DNA from: Candidatus Wolfebacteria bacterium GW2011_GWB1_47_1
GTDB lineage: Bacteria > Patescibacteriota > Minisyncoccia > UBA6257 > UBA9933
Assembly (NCBI GenBank): GCA_001029635.1
Contig: CP011209.1
Coordinates: forward strand, 222,866 to 286,865
Length of the DNA stretch: 64,000 nucleotides
Reading direction: 5' to 3'
The position numbers and the translations under genes were made by a program. Positions 39,725-50,278 of the stretch are shown one piece after another (the first letter of the stretch is position 1; the number at the start of each line of letters is the position of its first letter). Under the pieces are notes generated by a model. The model worked only from the letters and a program-made list of their open reading frames with translations. It was not told where the DNA came from and ran no database searches.

Positions 39725-39925
39725 ATGAGACAGTGTGAAATTTGCGGCAAGGGCTCCATGATGCATGGCGCTCGCAAAAAGCTCCGCGGCAACTACAACC
39801 CGACCGTCCGAACACGACGGTACCCGAATCTTCAGAAGCTGACCGTTATGGAGGGTTTGCGTGTTAATGCATGCACCCAATGCATCCGAACTGTCAAAAA
39901 GAAAGAAGCTGAAGCAGCGGCATAA
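39725..39925 (+). CDS. rpmB: 50S ribosomal protein L28
   Basis: CEICGK...RR.PNLQ...CTQCIR. Confidence 0.93.
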   Translation: MRQCEICGKGSMMHGARKKLRGNYNPTVRTRRYPNLQKLTVMEGLRVNACTQCIRTVKKKEAEAAA

Positions 39926-39998
39926 AAAAATCGACCTACGGGTCGATTTTTTTGTTGAAAAAATAAACGAAGTTCGGTATGGTGAAACGGTACAAGAA

Positions 39999-40069
39999 CG
40001 GGCTGTAGTATAATGGTAGTATACGAGCATGGGGTGTTTGCGGCCCGGGTTCGATTCCCGGCAGCCCGA
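39999..40069 (+). tRNA. tRNA-Pro(GGG)
   Basis: CGGGCTG/CAGCCCG acceptor stem; anticodon loop ATGGGGT; GGTTCGATTCC. Confidence 0.92.
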
Positions 40070-40087
40070 CAGGTAAAACAAAAAAAC

Positions 40088-40717
40088 ATGGAACACATAA
40101 TGGTCGACCAACAGCAAATAGATCGGCTACATGCGATGCTCCTGCAAAACAAAACCCTGCAGGTCCTATTGGATCGGGCGGGAGAATTGGGTATGTCCAA
40201 TTGGTATGTGGGAGCGGGATGTATCTCACAAACTGTTTGGAACAGCTTGCATGGGTTTGATCCGGAGCATGCGATTAAGGATTACGACCTCGTCTATTAC
40301 GATGGAGGCGATATATCGTATGAGGCGGAGGATAAGATTATTCAACAAGCAAAGGATGTATTCAAAGACATTGGTGTGCATATTGATATCATCAATGAAG
40401 CACGGGTACATCTCTGGATAGAGCAAAAGCTGGGTTATTCAATAGACCAATATAAAAACGTCGAAGAAGCGATAAGTACCTGGCCAACCACAATAACCTG
40501 CGTTGGAATTAATCGGATGCATGGGGTGACGAAGGTATTCGCGCCATTCGGATTGGATGATGTTTTTAATATGGTGATTCGTCCGAATAAGTACTTTTCA
40601 AAGAAAGAGATATACGATAGTAAGGTTGAAAAGTGGACCAAGATATGGCCAAAGCTTACGGTAGTAAAATGGGATGACGAGCAGAGAGGGGAAGAGCCTA
40701 AAAAGTACTCTGTTTGA
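40088..40717 (+). CDS. Nucleotidyltransferase-family protein (DUF925-like)
   Basis: WYVGAGC..QTVWN..HG..KDYDLVYYD, NEARVH, APFGL.D, WP. Confidence 0.85.
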   Translation: MEHIMVDQQQIDRLHAMLLQNKTLQVLLDRAGELGMSNWYVGAGCISQTVWNSLHGFDPEHAIKDYDLVYYDGGDISYEAEDKIIQQAKDVFKDIGVHIDIINEARVHLWIEQKLGYSIDQYKNVEEAISTWPTTITCVGINRMHGVTKVFAPFGLDDVFNMVIRPNKYFSKKEIYDSKVEKWTKIWPKLTVVKWDDEQRGEEPKKYSV

Positions 40718-40748
40718 AAAAAAGTCAAGGCAAGCGTACAATGGAGCC

Positions 40749-41762
40749 ATGGAGCGAAAGCTGGAAATAACCTGGGGGTCGCTATGGCGAATCGTGATCA
40801 TGCTCGTTGCGGTGAGTATGGTATATACCATGCGCAACGTGGTTGCGCTGTTATTTTTGGCAATTGTGGTATCGTCTGCGTTGGATGCGCCACTTAACTG
40901 GCTGGAGAAGAGGAAAATTCCTCGCATCATGGGAATCTTGTTTATTTTGATCGCAGGATTTTCTACCGTTGCATTGTTGCTGTATACGGTTGTGCCGATC
41001 GCGGTCATTGAAACAAAAGACCTCGCGGACAATATAGACCTGCTGGGGGGCGCATTAGGAGGGCTCGTGGGAGCGCAAAATCTCTCAGGAACATTGGGGA
41101 ATGGATTGAGCGGACTAGGTGAATCGGTGACAGCAGGGGGATTCTCGGTCGTGAAATTCATCCCGCAATTGTTTGAGAATATGGTGATGCTGGTCACGGT
41201 TATGGTCATCTCTATTTACTTGGCATGGTATCGTGACGGCATTGAGGGATTTTTGCGAGCCGTGCTTCCTATAGAATACGAGCAATACTCCATTAGTGTA
41301 TTGCATCGCGTACGCAAGAAGATCGGCAAGTGGCTTGAAGGGCAAATATTTCTCAGCTTGATCGTTGCGGTTGCATCGTTTATAGGTCTGAAGCTACTGG
41401 GAGTGAATTATGCATTAGTACTTGCATTGCTCGCGGGGGGGCTTGAGATTATTCCATTCGTGGGGCCGATTGTAGCAGGAGCGCTCGCATTCCTCGTGGG
41501 TATATCACAATCGATGACTTTGGGAGTAGCGACACTTATTTTATTCTTTGTCATTCATCAGCTCGAAGCACATATTGTATTACCGCTCGTGATGCGCAAG
41601 ACGACAGGAATTCATCCGGTCATTGTGGCACTGTCTATTGTGGCAGGATATCAACTGTATGGGTTTATTGGCATTATACTTGCAATCCCGTTCGTGGTGG
41701 TTATCCAGGAATTAGTGGACGATTTTACCGCACGCAAGCATCGGCAACCGACATTGGAATAA
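40749..41762 (+). CDS. AI-2E family transporter
   Basis: Multi-TM; W..GQ, IPFVGP, QLE.H...P, GIHP, G.ILAIP. Confidence 0.9.
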   Translation: MERKLEITWGSLWRIVIMLVAVSMVYTMRNVVALLFLAIVVSSALDAPLNWLEKRKIPRIMGILFILIAGFSTVALLLYTVVPIAVIETKDLADNIDLLGGALGGLVGAQNLSGTLGNGLSGLGESVTAGGFSVVKFIPQLFENMVMLVTVMVISIYLAWYRDGIEGFLRAVLPIEYEQYSISVLHRVRKKIGKWLEGQIFLSLIVAVASFIGLKLLGVNYALVLALLAGGLEIIPFVGPIVAGALAFLVGISQSMTLGVATLILFFVIHQLEAHIVLPLVMRKTTGIHPVIVALSIVAGYQLYGFIGIILAIPFVVVIQELVDDFTARKHRQPTLE

Positions 41763-41777
41763 GAGGAATTAAAACAT

Positions 41778-43253
41778 ATGAAGAAATTTTATATCACGAC
41801 ATCGATCGCATATACGAATGCATCGCCACATATTGGATTCGCGCTGGAAAGCATTCAAGCCGATGTGCTTGCCAGATACTATCGCTCGCAGGGAGTGGAT
41901 GTGTGTTTTTTGACAGGCACGGACGAGCACGGGAGCAAGATAGCGCAGGCGGCGGAGGCGAAAGGAAAGACAGCGAAGGAATTCGTCGATGAAGTATCAG
42001 AGGAGTTTAAGGAGCTGAAGCAGACACTGAATCTTTCATGGGACGATTTTATTCGAACCTCTGATAAGAAAAAGCATCGGCCTGCGGTCTATGCCATCTG
42101 GAATAAGCTTGTCGAGCAGAGTGATATTTATAAAAAGACATACGAAGGGTTGTATTGCACCGGGTGTGAAGCCTTCTATACTGAAAAGGAATTGGAAGAA
42201 GGTAAATGTCCGATCCATCAAAAGCTAGTAGAGCAGGTGCAGGAAGAAAATTACTTCTTCAAATTGTCCAAATATTCCGAAGAGATCGAGCGACGCATAA
42301 AGAATCATGAATTGCGTATTGTCCCAGAATCGCGCAAGAACGAGATCCTCTCTTTGTTAAAGGAAGGGCTTACGGATATTAGCGTTTCTCGACCGGCTGA
42401 CAAGGTGCATTGGGGAATTCCTGTTCCAGGCGATGACACCCAGTTGATCTACGTATGGATCGATGCGCTAACAAACTATATTTCGGGTATTGGATACGCC
42501 AGTGAAATGGAAAAGGGAGCCGAGAGATATGAAACGTATTGGCCGGCAGATGTGCATTTAATCGGCAAGGACATTCTGCGATTTCACGCGGGGATTTGGC
42601 CGGGGATCTTGCTTGCCGCAGGACTAGAGCTCCCGAAGAGCATCTACGTGCATGGATATATTCTGCATGGAGGACAAAAGATGTCGAAGTCATTGGGCAA
42701 TGTGGTATCGCCAAAAGACTTAGTGGAAAAATATGGATCGGATCCGGTGCGCTACTTTCTATTACGAGAGATTGCATCAACAGAGGATGGTGATTACACG
42801 GAAGAAAAGTTTATCAGTCGGTATAATGGAGAGCTTGCAAACGGATTGGGAAATTTTTCGGCCCGGGTGCTGACGCTCGCAAGTAAGGAAGATTTCTCGT
42901 TGACTGAAGAAGAGTACGAATCGCTCAGGGAAGATTCCGTAAAACACCGCATCGCGGACGCGGAACGGACGATCAAGGAAAAGATGGATACATTCCGATT
43001 GCATGAGGCGATCGGAGTAGTGTGGGAAGTGATCACGTTCGGCGATCTATATGTGAATGAAATGAGGCCATGGTCGCTGGAGGGGGATGAGGAGAAGAAG
43101 GTGATGGCAAACTTGCTGTTCATTCTTGAATCGATTGCAAAGCTACTAATGCCATTCTTGCCACAGACGGCAGAAAAGATCGCGGGTAATATAAATAGAT
43201 TAGAGAAGAATCTTGAGATTACAAAAGGGGACAATCTCTTTCCAAGATTGTAA
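41778..43253 (+). CDS. metG: Methionyl-tRNA synthetase
   Basis: YITT.I.Y.N..PHIG, TGTDEHG, YVWIDAL, KMSKS. Confidence 0.97.
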   Translation: MKKFYITTSIAYTNASPHIGFALESIQADVLARYYRSQGVDVCFLTGTDEHGSKIAQAAEAKGKTAKEFVDEVSEEFKELKQTLNLSWDDFIRTSDKKKHRPAVYAIWNKLVEQSDIYKKTYEGLYCTGCEAFYTEKELEEGKCPIHQKLVEQVQEENYFFKLSKYSEEIERRIKNHELRIVPESRKNEILSLLKEGLTDISVSRPADKVHWGIPVPGDDTQLIYVWIDALTNYISGIGYASEMEKGAERYETYWPADVHLIGKDILRFHAGIWPGILLAAGLELPKSIYVHGYILHGGQKMSKSLGNVVSPKDLVEKYGSDPVRYFLLREIASTEDGDYTEEKFISRYNGELANGLGNFSARVLTLASKEDFSLTEEEYESLREDSVKHRIADAERTIKEKMDTFRLHEAIGVVWEVITFGDLYVNEMRPWSLEGDEEKKVMANLLFILESIAKLLMPFLPQTAEKIAGNINRLEKNLEITKGDNLFPRL

Positions 43254-43320
43254 GGATCAAAAATACCGCCTTTGGCGGTATTTTGATTGCGGGAATGTGC
43301 TATTTTGCTATACTGGATCA

Positions 43321-44097
43321 ATGAAGCTGATAGACGCGCATACCCATGTGCAATTAAGACAATTCAATCCCGACCGGGACGAAGTGATCAAGCGGGCGGT
43401 GGAGCAGGATATTTGGATGGTTAATGTGGGGACGACCCGCAAGGATTCACAGGCTGCCGTGGACCTTTGCGAAGCATATGCGGAGGGCGTTTTTGCATCG
43501 ATCGGACAGCATCCTGATGAGCGGGAGATATTTGACTACGACTGGTATATGCGCACGGGAGCGCACGAAAAGGTGGTAGCAATTGGAGAATGCGGATTGG
43601 ATTATTATCGGGTTGAACCGCATCTGTTCAACGATGAGCGTGATCGACAGATAGAGTTGTTTCAACAGCATATCGAGTTGGCCAAGGAATTGGGGAAACC
43701 GCTTATGGTGCATTGTCGGGAAGCATTTTCTGACGTGAAGAGCGTTATGCGAAAGGAAATAGGAGATCTGTCCGCGGATGTTCCGGGTATCCTGCATTTT
43801 TTCACAGGGACAAAGGAGGATGCGAAGACGTTTCTTGATTTCGGGTTCATGTTCACGTTTGGGGGGTTGATCACATTCAATCGGGAATTCGATGAAATTT
43901 TGCGATATATTCCCAAAGAGCGGATTATGATAGAAACGGATGCTCCGTTTGTGACTCCCGACCCATATCGGGGAAAGCGGAATGAGCCGGCATACGTCAT
44001 TGAGGTTGCTAAGGCATTGGCAGAAGTAAGAAGGGCTCCATTCGAAGATGTGTGCAAACAAACAACACAGAATGCGAAGAGTGCATTCGGCATATAA
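43321..44097 (+). CDS. tatD: TatD-family DNase
   Basis: DAHTH, GQHP, AIGECGLDY, HCREA, ETDAP. Confidence 0.93.
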   Translation: MKLIDAHTHVQLRQFNPDRDEVIKRAVEQDIWMVNVGTTRKDSQAAVDLCEAYAEGVFASIGQHPDEREIFDYDWYMRTGAHEKVVAIGECGLDYYRVEPHLFNDERDRQIELFQQHIELAKELGKPLMVHCREAFSDVKSVMRKEIGDLSADVPGILHFFTGTKEDAKTFLDFGFMFTFGGLITFNREFDEILRYIPKERIMIETDAPFVTPDPYRGKRNEPAYVIEVAKALAEVRRAPFEDVCKQTTQNAKSAFGI

Positions 44098-44106
44098 CAG
44101 AAAAGC

Positions 44107-44877
44107 ATGACCATACTGCAATCGATCATATTCGGAATCGTAGAAGGGGTGACGGAATTCCTCCCAATATCTTCCACGGGGCACCTGATACTGACAGCAA
44201 AGTTGCTTAAGCTCGAGCAGACAAACTTTATGAAATCGTTCGAGATCGCCATTCAATTTGGCGCGATCTTGTCGGTGGTGGCTTTGTATTGGAGGTCGCT
44301 ATTTGTAAATAGGGAAGTGATGAAGCGAATCGCGGTAGCGTTTGTACCAACGGGTATACTGGGTCTGTTACTACACGGGTTCGTAAAGCAGTACCTATTA
44401 AGTAGTGACCTGACGGTCGTGCTGGCACTGCTCATCGGGGGCATACTACTCATCGCCTTTGAATTTGCATACGTAGAAAAAGAGACATCATTGGAGGATG
44501 TGGCACATCTATCATATTGGCGTGCGGCAATGATCGGCGTGGCGCAGTCCGTGGCCATGATTCCGGGAGTATCACGTTCCGCAGCGACAATCGTGGGTGG
44601 GATGTTGGCAGGGTTGAAGCGCAAGACGATTGTGGAATTTTCGTTCTTGCTCGCAGTGCCGACCATGCTTGCGGCGACTATTTTAGACTTGTCGAAAAGT
44701 TACAAGGGATTCTCTGCCGATCAATTTGATGTATTGGTAGTCGGATTTGTCGTCTCATTCCTCGTAGCCTTGGTGAGTATTAAATGGCTCTTAAAATACG
44801 TACAGCGAAATTCATTTATTTCGTTTGGTGTATATCGTATAGCACTTGCCATTTTGTTCTTGTTGTTCGTACTGTGA
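44107..44877 (+). CDS. uppP: Undecaprenyl-diphosphate phosphatase
   Basis: GIVEGVTEFLPISSTGH, PGVSRS. Confidence 0.96.
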   Translation: MTILQSIIFGIVEGVTEFLPISSTGHLILTAKLLKLEQTNFMKSFEIAIQFGAILSVVALYWRSLFVNREVMKRIAVAFVPTGILGLLLHGFVKQYLLSSDLTVVLALLIGGILLIAFEFAYVEKETSLEDVAHLSYWRAAMIGVAQSVAMIPGVSRSAATIVGGMLAGLKRKTIVEFSFLLAVPTMLAATILDLSKSYKGFSADQFDVLVVGFVVSFLVALVSIKWLLKYVQRNSFISFGVYRIALAILFLLFVL

Positions 44878-44967
44878 GTATGTGTGTCGCATTGACTAAG
44901 ACGGTCTATCCTGATATTACTTAAATCAGCAATTGAGTAAACAAAATACTGGCAACGGGAGGGAATT

Positions 44968-45630
44968 ATGAAACGGGAGAAAGCAACGGCCTGGGTATGT
45001 GCGTGCGTGCACCCTGACGTGGAGTATGACCAGTGCAATCCGAGGAAGCCGTTTAAGTCGCTCAGTCGAACCAAAGTGGCGGCGCATGAGCGAAACCATC
45101 TCACGTGTATTGATAACCATAAGAAGCTGATGGCAATGGTGGCGGATGCGCCTAACGTCATCGGGTCGAGGCTCAGGGTTGGCACCTGGGATGATTGGAA
45201 GGGTATTCTGGAGGCGACCAAGGCTTTCGCAAAGCTTGCCCACGAACACCAGGGAATCTACCGGCGCTCATTCTTTATCTATGGCGCCAGTGATAATCTG
45301 ATAAAGGCGGTTAGAACGCTCATATGGTGCCAGACAAAAGAAGGGCATTCGGTGGATGGTGAACGGTGGATGAAGGAGGCGTTCCGGACCCTAGAGGCGA
45401 TGTTTAACGACATTAAGCTGCGTGGTGAACGAAAGCGGTGTCCGAAGAAATCGTTTATGACGCGGATGTTTACCGCGAAGAAACTCCTCGGCGAGATTAG
45501 GAAAGAGGTAGGGCTGATCGGGCGGAAGTTCCCGAACGCAGAGGGATTGGGAGAAGTCGGTGAGATGATCTGTATATGTAGTCAGCAGACAGTATCGGCG
45601 TTGCACGAGTCCCATGGGGAGATCCAATAA
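44968..45630 (+). CDS. Orphan protein, possible Cys/His Zn-binding N-terminus
   Basis: GGGAGG SD; TTGACT promoter; terminator about 45640-45668. Confidence 0.7.
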   Translation: MKREKATAWVCACVHPDVEYDQCNPRKPFKSLSRTKVAAHERNHLTCIDNHKKLMAMVADAPNVIGSRLRVGTWDDWKGILEATKAFAKLAHEHQGIYRRSFFIYGASDNLIKAVRTLIWCQTKEGHSVDGERWMKEAFRTLEAMFNDIKLRGERKRCPKKSFMTRMFTAKKLLGEIRKEVGLIGRKFPNAEGLGEVGEMICICSQQTVSALHESHGEIQ

Positions 45631-45712
45631 AAGAGGCTCAAAGCCGCGGAGTGATCCGCGGTTTTTTTGTCTACTTAGTTGCATCCACACGTAAATCGTA
45701 TAGAATAAAAAC

Positions 45713-46027
45713 ATGACCCATATTACCGAAGAGACATTGGAATATCTGGCAAAATTGTCCCGCATGGACCTTGCAGATGGTGAGAAAAAGAAGCTCGCAG
45801 GGGACTTGGAGGAGATTCTGAACCATTTTGAAGAATTGAACGAGGTCGATACGACAAACGTGGAGCCGATGACCGGAGGGACTGCTCAGCGGAACGTATT
45901 CCGTGAGGACGACGCGAACACGCGGAGCGAGATCAATGGATCGTCGAAGGACATCATTGATGCATTCCCGGCGCATGAGCGAGGTTACTTGAAGGTTCCA
46001 GCGGTATTCGGAGGAGAAGAAGAATAA
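45713..46027 (+). CDS. gatC: Asp/Glu-tRNA amidotransferase subunit C
   Basis: LAKLSR, L.EVDT.NVEP, REDD, KVP. Confidence 0.93.
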   Translation: MTHITEETLEYLAKLSRMDLADGEKKKLAGDLEEILNHFEELNEVDTTNVEPMTGGTAQRNVFREDDANTRSEINGSSKDIIDAFPAHERGYLKVPAVFGGEEE

Positions 46028-46035
46028 TTAAGATT

Positions 46036-46096
46036 TGTCATTCCCGCGGAGGCGGGAATCCAGATCAAATAGATTCCCGCCTCCGCGGGAATGACA
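46036..46096. repeat. REP-like paired palindromic element
   Basis: TGTCATTCCCGCGGAGGCGGGAATC...GATTCCCGCCTCCGCGGGAATGACA. Confidence 0.9.
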
Positions 46097-46105
46097 CAAG
46101 AGCTT

Positions 46106-47560
46106 ATGTTATTTTTAAAAGACCTTACAATAAAAAAGATCCACGAAGGATTAAAGAACAAAGAATTTACCGCATTCGAATTGACGAAGGAGTTTTTTGA
46201 TTACATTGAAACCCGAGACAAAGAGGTGCAGGCATATTTGAGCTTGGACAAGGTCGGCGCATTGGCGGCTGCGGAAGCGGTCGATATTGCCATCGCAAAG
46301 GGTGAAGACATTGGGCCGTTGGCTGGCGTGCCAATGGCGATCAAGGACAATCTTCTAGTAAAGGGGTTGCCGGCAACAGCAGGATCGAAGATGTTGGAAA
46401 ATTATACCGCTGCATACGATGCGACTGTAATTAAAAAACTCAAGGAGGCTGGGGCGATCGTTATCGGTAAGGCGAATATGGATGAATTTGCCATGGGCTC
46501 GTCTACGGAAAACTCTGCATTCAAGATAACAAAGAATCCGCACGACCTGGAGCGTGTTCCAGGCGGGTCGTCGGGTGGATCGGCGGCTGCGGTCGCGGCG
46601 CATATGGCTGTGGCGGCATTGGGTACCGATACAGGCGGATCAATTCGTCAGCCGGCAAGCTTGTGTGGTGTGGTTGGTCTAAAGCCGACCTACGGTGCCG
46701 TGTCGCGATCGGGAGCGATCGCAATGGCATCGAGTCTTGACCAGATAGGACCATTGACCAAAACGGTAGAAGATGCGGCAATCGTATTCAATGCAATCAA
46801 GGATAAGGATCCCCTGGATGCTACGAGTGTCGACATGGAATATGGGGATGACTTATTACATCCAAAGTTGGAGAATGTAAAAAAGCTGCGTATTGGATTG
46901 CCGAAGGAATATTTCGTTGAGGGTATGGATGAATATACGCGAGCGGAGGTAAATAAGGCGATTGAAAAGGTAAAGAGTCTTGGTATCGAGGTAAAGGATA
47001 TCAGCTTGCCAAACATGAAGCATGCGCTGTCGTGTTATTACATCATCATGCCTGCCGAAGTGAGTTCAAACATGGCACGCTTTGACGGTATTAGATATGG
47101 TAGATTGGATGAGTTGCAACAGGATGAACCAAAAAGTCTCTTGGGTATCTATCACAAGCAGCGCGGGCAAGGATTTGGAAAGGAGGTTCGTCGCCGCATC
47201 ATGCTGGGAACATACGTGTTGTCTTCGGGATATTACGATGCCTACTATGCAAAGGCACAAAAGGTGCGCAAGTTGATCAAAGACGATTTTGACAAGGCAT
47301 TTGAGGAGGTAGATGTCATCTTAACGCCGGTATCGCCGACCACAGCATTTAAGATCGGAGAGAAGACAAGCGACCCGATGCAGATGTATCTTTCGGATAT
47401 CTTTACCTTAACACTTAACCTTGCTGGACTGCCCGGCGTTTCGATCCCGGTTAGACAATATGAAGGAACGGGTCAGATGCCGGTTGGATTCCAACTGATT
47501 GGCAAGGCGTTCCGCGAAGCGGACATTTTGGGGATTGGACAATTTTACGAAAGACTGTGA
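46106..47560 (+). CDS. gatA: Asp/Glu-tRNA amidotransferase subunit A
   Basis: IKDN, DEFAMGSS, PGGSSGGS, DTGGSIRQP, RRIMLG. Confidence 0.97.
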   Translation: MLFLKDLTIKKIHEGLKNKEFTAFELTKEFFDYIETRDKEVQAYLSLDKVGALAAAEAVDIAIAKGEDIGPLAGVPMAIKDNLLVKGLPATAGSKMLENYTAAYDATVIKKLKEAGAIVIGKANMDEFAMGSSTENSAFKITKNPHDLERVPGGSSGGSAAAVAAHMAVAALGTDTGGSIRQPASLCGVVGLKPTYGAVSRSGAIAMASSLDQIGPLTKTVEDAAIVFNAIKDKDPLDATSVDMEYGDDLLHPKLENVKKLRIGLPKEYFVEGMDEYTRAEVNKAIEKVKSLGIEVKDISLPNMKHALSCYYIIMPAEVSSNMARFDGIRYGRLDELQQDEPKSLLGIYHKQRGQGFGKEVRRRIMLGTYVLSSGYYDAYYAKAQKVRKLIKDDFDKAFEEVDVILTPVSPTTAFKIGEKTSDPMQMYLSDIFTLTLNLAGLPGVSIPVRQYEGTGQMPVGFQLIGKAFREADILGIGQFYERL

Positions 47561-47580
47561 AGTAGTGAGCTTGCCGAACT

Positions 47581-48108
47581 ATGAACGAATTAGCCGAAAA
47601 TTCGATAAAGGTGTTGAACTATGTGTTCGGCGCTTATAAGGATGTATTGCCTTCGCTGCAGTCATTCTCTTTGGTTATTACCGGAGCACTACTATTTTTT
47701 GTCGTATTGGCGATGACAAAGGCAAATGTCATTGGGGGGAAAAAGAATAAATTCATCGACAAGTGGAATCTCGTCGACATGTCCAAGGCAAAAATGAAAA
47801 AGGCGTGGATTGAGATTGCACGGGGTATCGCGAGCGGAGAGAGTGTCGCGATGAAGCAGGCAATCAACAACGCAGACAAAATGCTGGAAGAGATATTACG
47901 CGAGCGGGGATTTGCCGGGAAGACAATGGACGAGCGACTGAAGCAGGTGGATGAATCCGCGATGGAAAACATCAAGGAGATATGGCAGGCGCATAAGTTG
48001 TCTGACCGCATCAAAAAAGATCCATCGCTTAAAATAACCAAGGAAGAAGCATCGAACATCGTCTTTATCTATAGGAAAGCATTTAAAGATCACGGATTAA
48101 TTGACTAA
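47581..48108 (+). CDS. Conserved-looking single-TM hypothetical protein
   Basis: TM followed by AI..ADK.L...L...G..G.TM.ERL pattern. Confidence 0.75.
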   Translation: MNELAENSIKVLNYVFGAYKDVLPSLQSFSLVITGALLFFVVLAMTKANVIGGKKNKFIDKWNLVDMSKAKMKKAWIEIARGIASGESVAMKQAINNADKMLEEILRERGFAGKTMDERLKQVDESAMENIKEIWQAHKLSDRIKKDPSLKITKEEASNIVFIYRKAFKDHGLID

Positions 48109-48198
48109 AAATATAACGACTTACGATGTCGTTACATAAACGCATTAACTCAAAAATAACGACGTCCAACGTCGTTATTTTTTGGATTTCGTTGTCGG

Positions 48199-49041
48199 TT
48201 ATCGTAAACACAGATCCACAAACGCCGTTTCGTAATCAAGCTTCCCTGACTTGATGGCGATGTCATAATCGGCGAGCATGCGCACAGTCGCAAGATCGAT
48301 AAACTGATTTTTTGCAAAAATGTTGAATATTTTTGCGGGTTCTTCTTGGTTAATGAAGAGTCGCTCAAGAGGGGTGAGTTTGCTGGCGACGGGGCCTTGT
48401 CGGGAGGCTGCATTGGTGAAGGCAAAGATGTCGGGAGATTCGAGGTAATCGATAAGAAGCTCTACATCCTGACGGGACAGCTCGCGCTTTGCGTCATTGT
48501 AGTACAGCGCGACCTTCTCGAGCTCGTTCATGATGAGCTGGGTATCGCGACGCAAGGCGAACACGAGGAAATCGGCCGCCTCAGGCGAGACGATAATGGA
48601 TCGTTTCTTGGCCTCTGTGGAAATGAAGAATGCGAGCTTTGCATCGGGTAGCGAGTCGAACGATTCGGTCATAACGGGTGTATTAACAAGAAACAAAAGG
48701 TCCTTAGGGACAACTACGCGATCACGCGGGTTTCGTGCCACCTCATCGGTGAACTCGGAAACAAAGGCGATAACGCTTTCATTGGTCGACGCAGACTTGA
48801 GAATATGTTGCGCCTCATCGGAGCCTTTGATGGCGAATACGTTGCTGATCAATGCAAGCTTCTTGTTCTCGAACATCGTCTGCTGGGAGCAGAAGTCTTT
48901 GAATCGGGAGATGTCGCTGTCATCATCAAAATCGAACGTGTTAATCGAAAAAACGGCATATTTTTTCTTGTACGCCTTGAGCAATTCCCGGAGGCGCTGC
49001 TCTCTTCGATAATTGTCCGCGCCGTGTAGGAAGGTGATCAT
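48199..49041 (-). CDS. holA: DNA polymerase III delta subunit
   Basis: FLHGADNY, NELEK, DIFAF, D.AIKSG. Confidence 0.85.
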   Translation of the reverse strand: MITFLHGADNYRREQRLRELLKAYKKKYAVFSINTFDFDDDSDISRFKDFCSQQTMFENKKLALISNVFAIKGSDEAQHILKSASTNESVIAFVSEFTDEVARNPRDRVVVPKDLLFLVNTPVMTESFDSLPDAKLAFFISTEAKKRSIIVSPEAADFLVFALRRDTQLIMNELEKVALYYNDAKRELSRQDVELLIDYLESPDIFAFTNAASRQGPVASKLTPLERLFINQEEPAKIFNIFAKNQFIDLATVRMLADYDIAIKSGKLDYETAFVDLCLR

Positions 49042-49172
49042 CGGATAGGGAAAAGGTAATAGGGAATAAGGAAAACCGAAAGAATGCGCAGAGAAGAAGT
49101 CATTGCCAATAGGGGCCATCTCCAGGTACTATAAAGGTAAAGGATATGGAAGAAAGAGGCAACTCATGGGGT

Positions 49173-49242
49173 TGTTATTCCGGCCTACGAGCCGGAATCT
49201 CGTCGAATGAAAACGAGATCCTGAAACAAGTTCGGGATGATA
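49173..49242. repeat. Divergent REP-like palindromic element
   Basis: TGTTATTCCGGC..GCCGGAATCTC...GAGATCCTGAA..TTCGGGATGATA. Confidence 0.6.
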
Positions 49243-49289
49243 GTGTTTCCCGCCCTTTTCCCTATTTCGTTATTCCTTTTTCCACGCCT

Positions 49290-49967
49290 ATGCGCTTCGA
49301 TATCATCACAATTTTTCCGGGAATATTCGACTCCTATTTTAATGAGTCTATTTTGAAGCGGGCACAGGAGAAGAAATTGATACAAATCCACGTACACGAT
49401 CTGCGTGATTTTGCGACCGATAAGCACCGAAAGGTTGATGATAGGCCGTTTGGAGGCGGACCGGGGATGGTAATGAAGGTCGAACCGCTTGTAAAGGCAA
49501 TTGCCGCCGTGGCAAAAAAGACAAAAAAGTTCGAAAAGGAGACAAAAGTGGTCTTTTTTGCTCCAGGAGGGAAGTTGATCGATGATGCGTACATAAACAA
49601 GACGGCTGACAAGACAAGGAGGGTCATTATGGTATGCGCTCATTATGAGGGCATGGATGAGCGGGTAAAGAAGGTGGTGAAGGATATGGGCTTTAAAAGT
49701 GAGGAATTGTCTGTCGGTCCCTATGTGCTAACGGGAGGGGAAATACCGGCGATGATCATGGTGGATGCGTTATCACGAAAGATTGGAGGAGTGCTTGGTA
49801 AGGAAGAATCGCTCGAAGAGTCTCGACATGGTGTTGGTGTACCGGCGTATACGCGTCCCAGTGAATATATATATAGGAAAAAGGGATATAAAGTGCCCCC
49901 CGTACTTATGTCTGGAGACCATAAAAAGATAGATGAATGGCGAAAAGAGCGAGGAAAAAGGCAGTAA
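49290..49967 (+). CDS. trmD: tRNA (guanine37-N1)-methyltransferase
   Basis: [30 protein letters not shown]. Confidence 0.96.
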   Translation: MRFDIITIFPGIFDSYFNESILKRAQEKKLIQIHVHDLRDFATDKHRKVDDRPFGGGPGMVMKVEPLVKAIAAVAKKTKKFEKETKVVFFAPGGKLIDDAYINKTADKTRRVIMVCAHYEGMDERVKKVVKDMGFKSEELSVGPYVLTGGEIPAMIMVDALSRKIGGVLGKEESLEESRHGVGVPAYTRPSEYIYRKKGYKVPPVLMSGDHKKIDEWRKERGKRQ

Positions 49968-50011
49968 AAGAGGCCTTGCATTATTTACGCTTATCTGATA
50001 TAGTAATTCCG

Positions 50012-50278
50012 ATGCTTACAAAACGAACAAAGCAAAATATCATAAAAGAGCACAGAACGAATGATGCCGATACCGGCTCAGCTGATGTGCAGGTCGCAAT
50101 GCTTACCAAGCAGATTTCCGAACTTACTGATCACTTAAAGGTGAACCCGAAGGATAACCATTCCCGACGAGGCCTTTTGAAGATGGTAGGAAAGAGAAAG
50201 AGACTTTTGTCCTATCTCTCACGGACGAACGTGGCAGGCTACGAATTGATTCTCAAAAAGCTTAATCTCAAGAAATAA
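50012..50278 (+). CDS. rpsO: 30S ribosomal protein S15
   Basis: [24 protein letters not shown]. Confidence 0.97.
   Translation: MLTKRTKQNIIKEHRTNDADTGSADVQVAMLTKQISELTDHLKVNPKDNHSRRGLLKMVGKRKRLLSYLSRTNVAGYELILKKLNLKK

Noticed and set aside
43447-44256. Long antisense ORFs (also 25221-25931, 40598-41209, 51442-52050, 61318-61977)
   Set aside because: Shadows of well-supported genes on the opposite strand, with no recognisable motifs
49146-49289. N-terminal extensions in the ORF track for trmD (also holA, gatA, pnp, rpsO, tatD)
   Set aside because: Homology begins at downstream ATGs; the extensions cross REP-like repeats, heptad tracts or promoters
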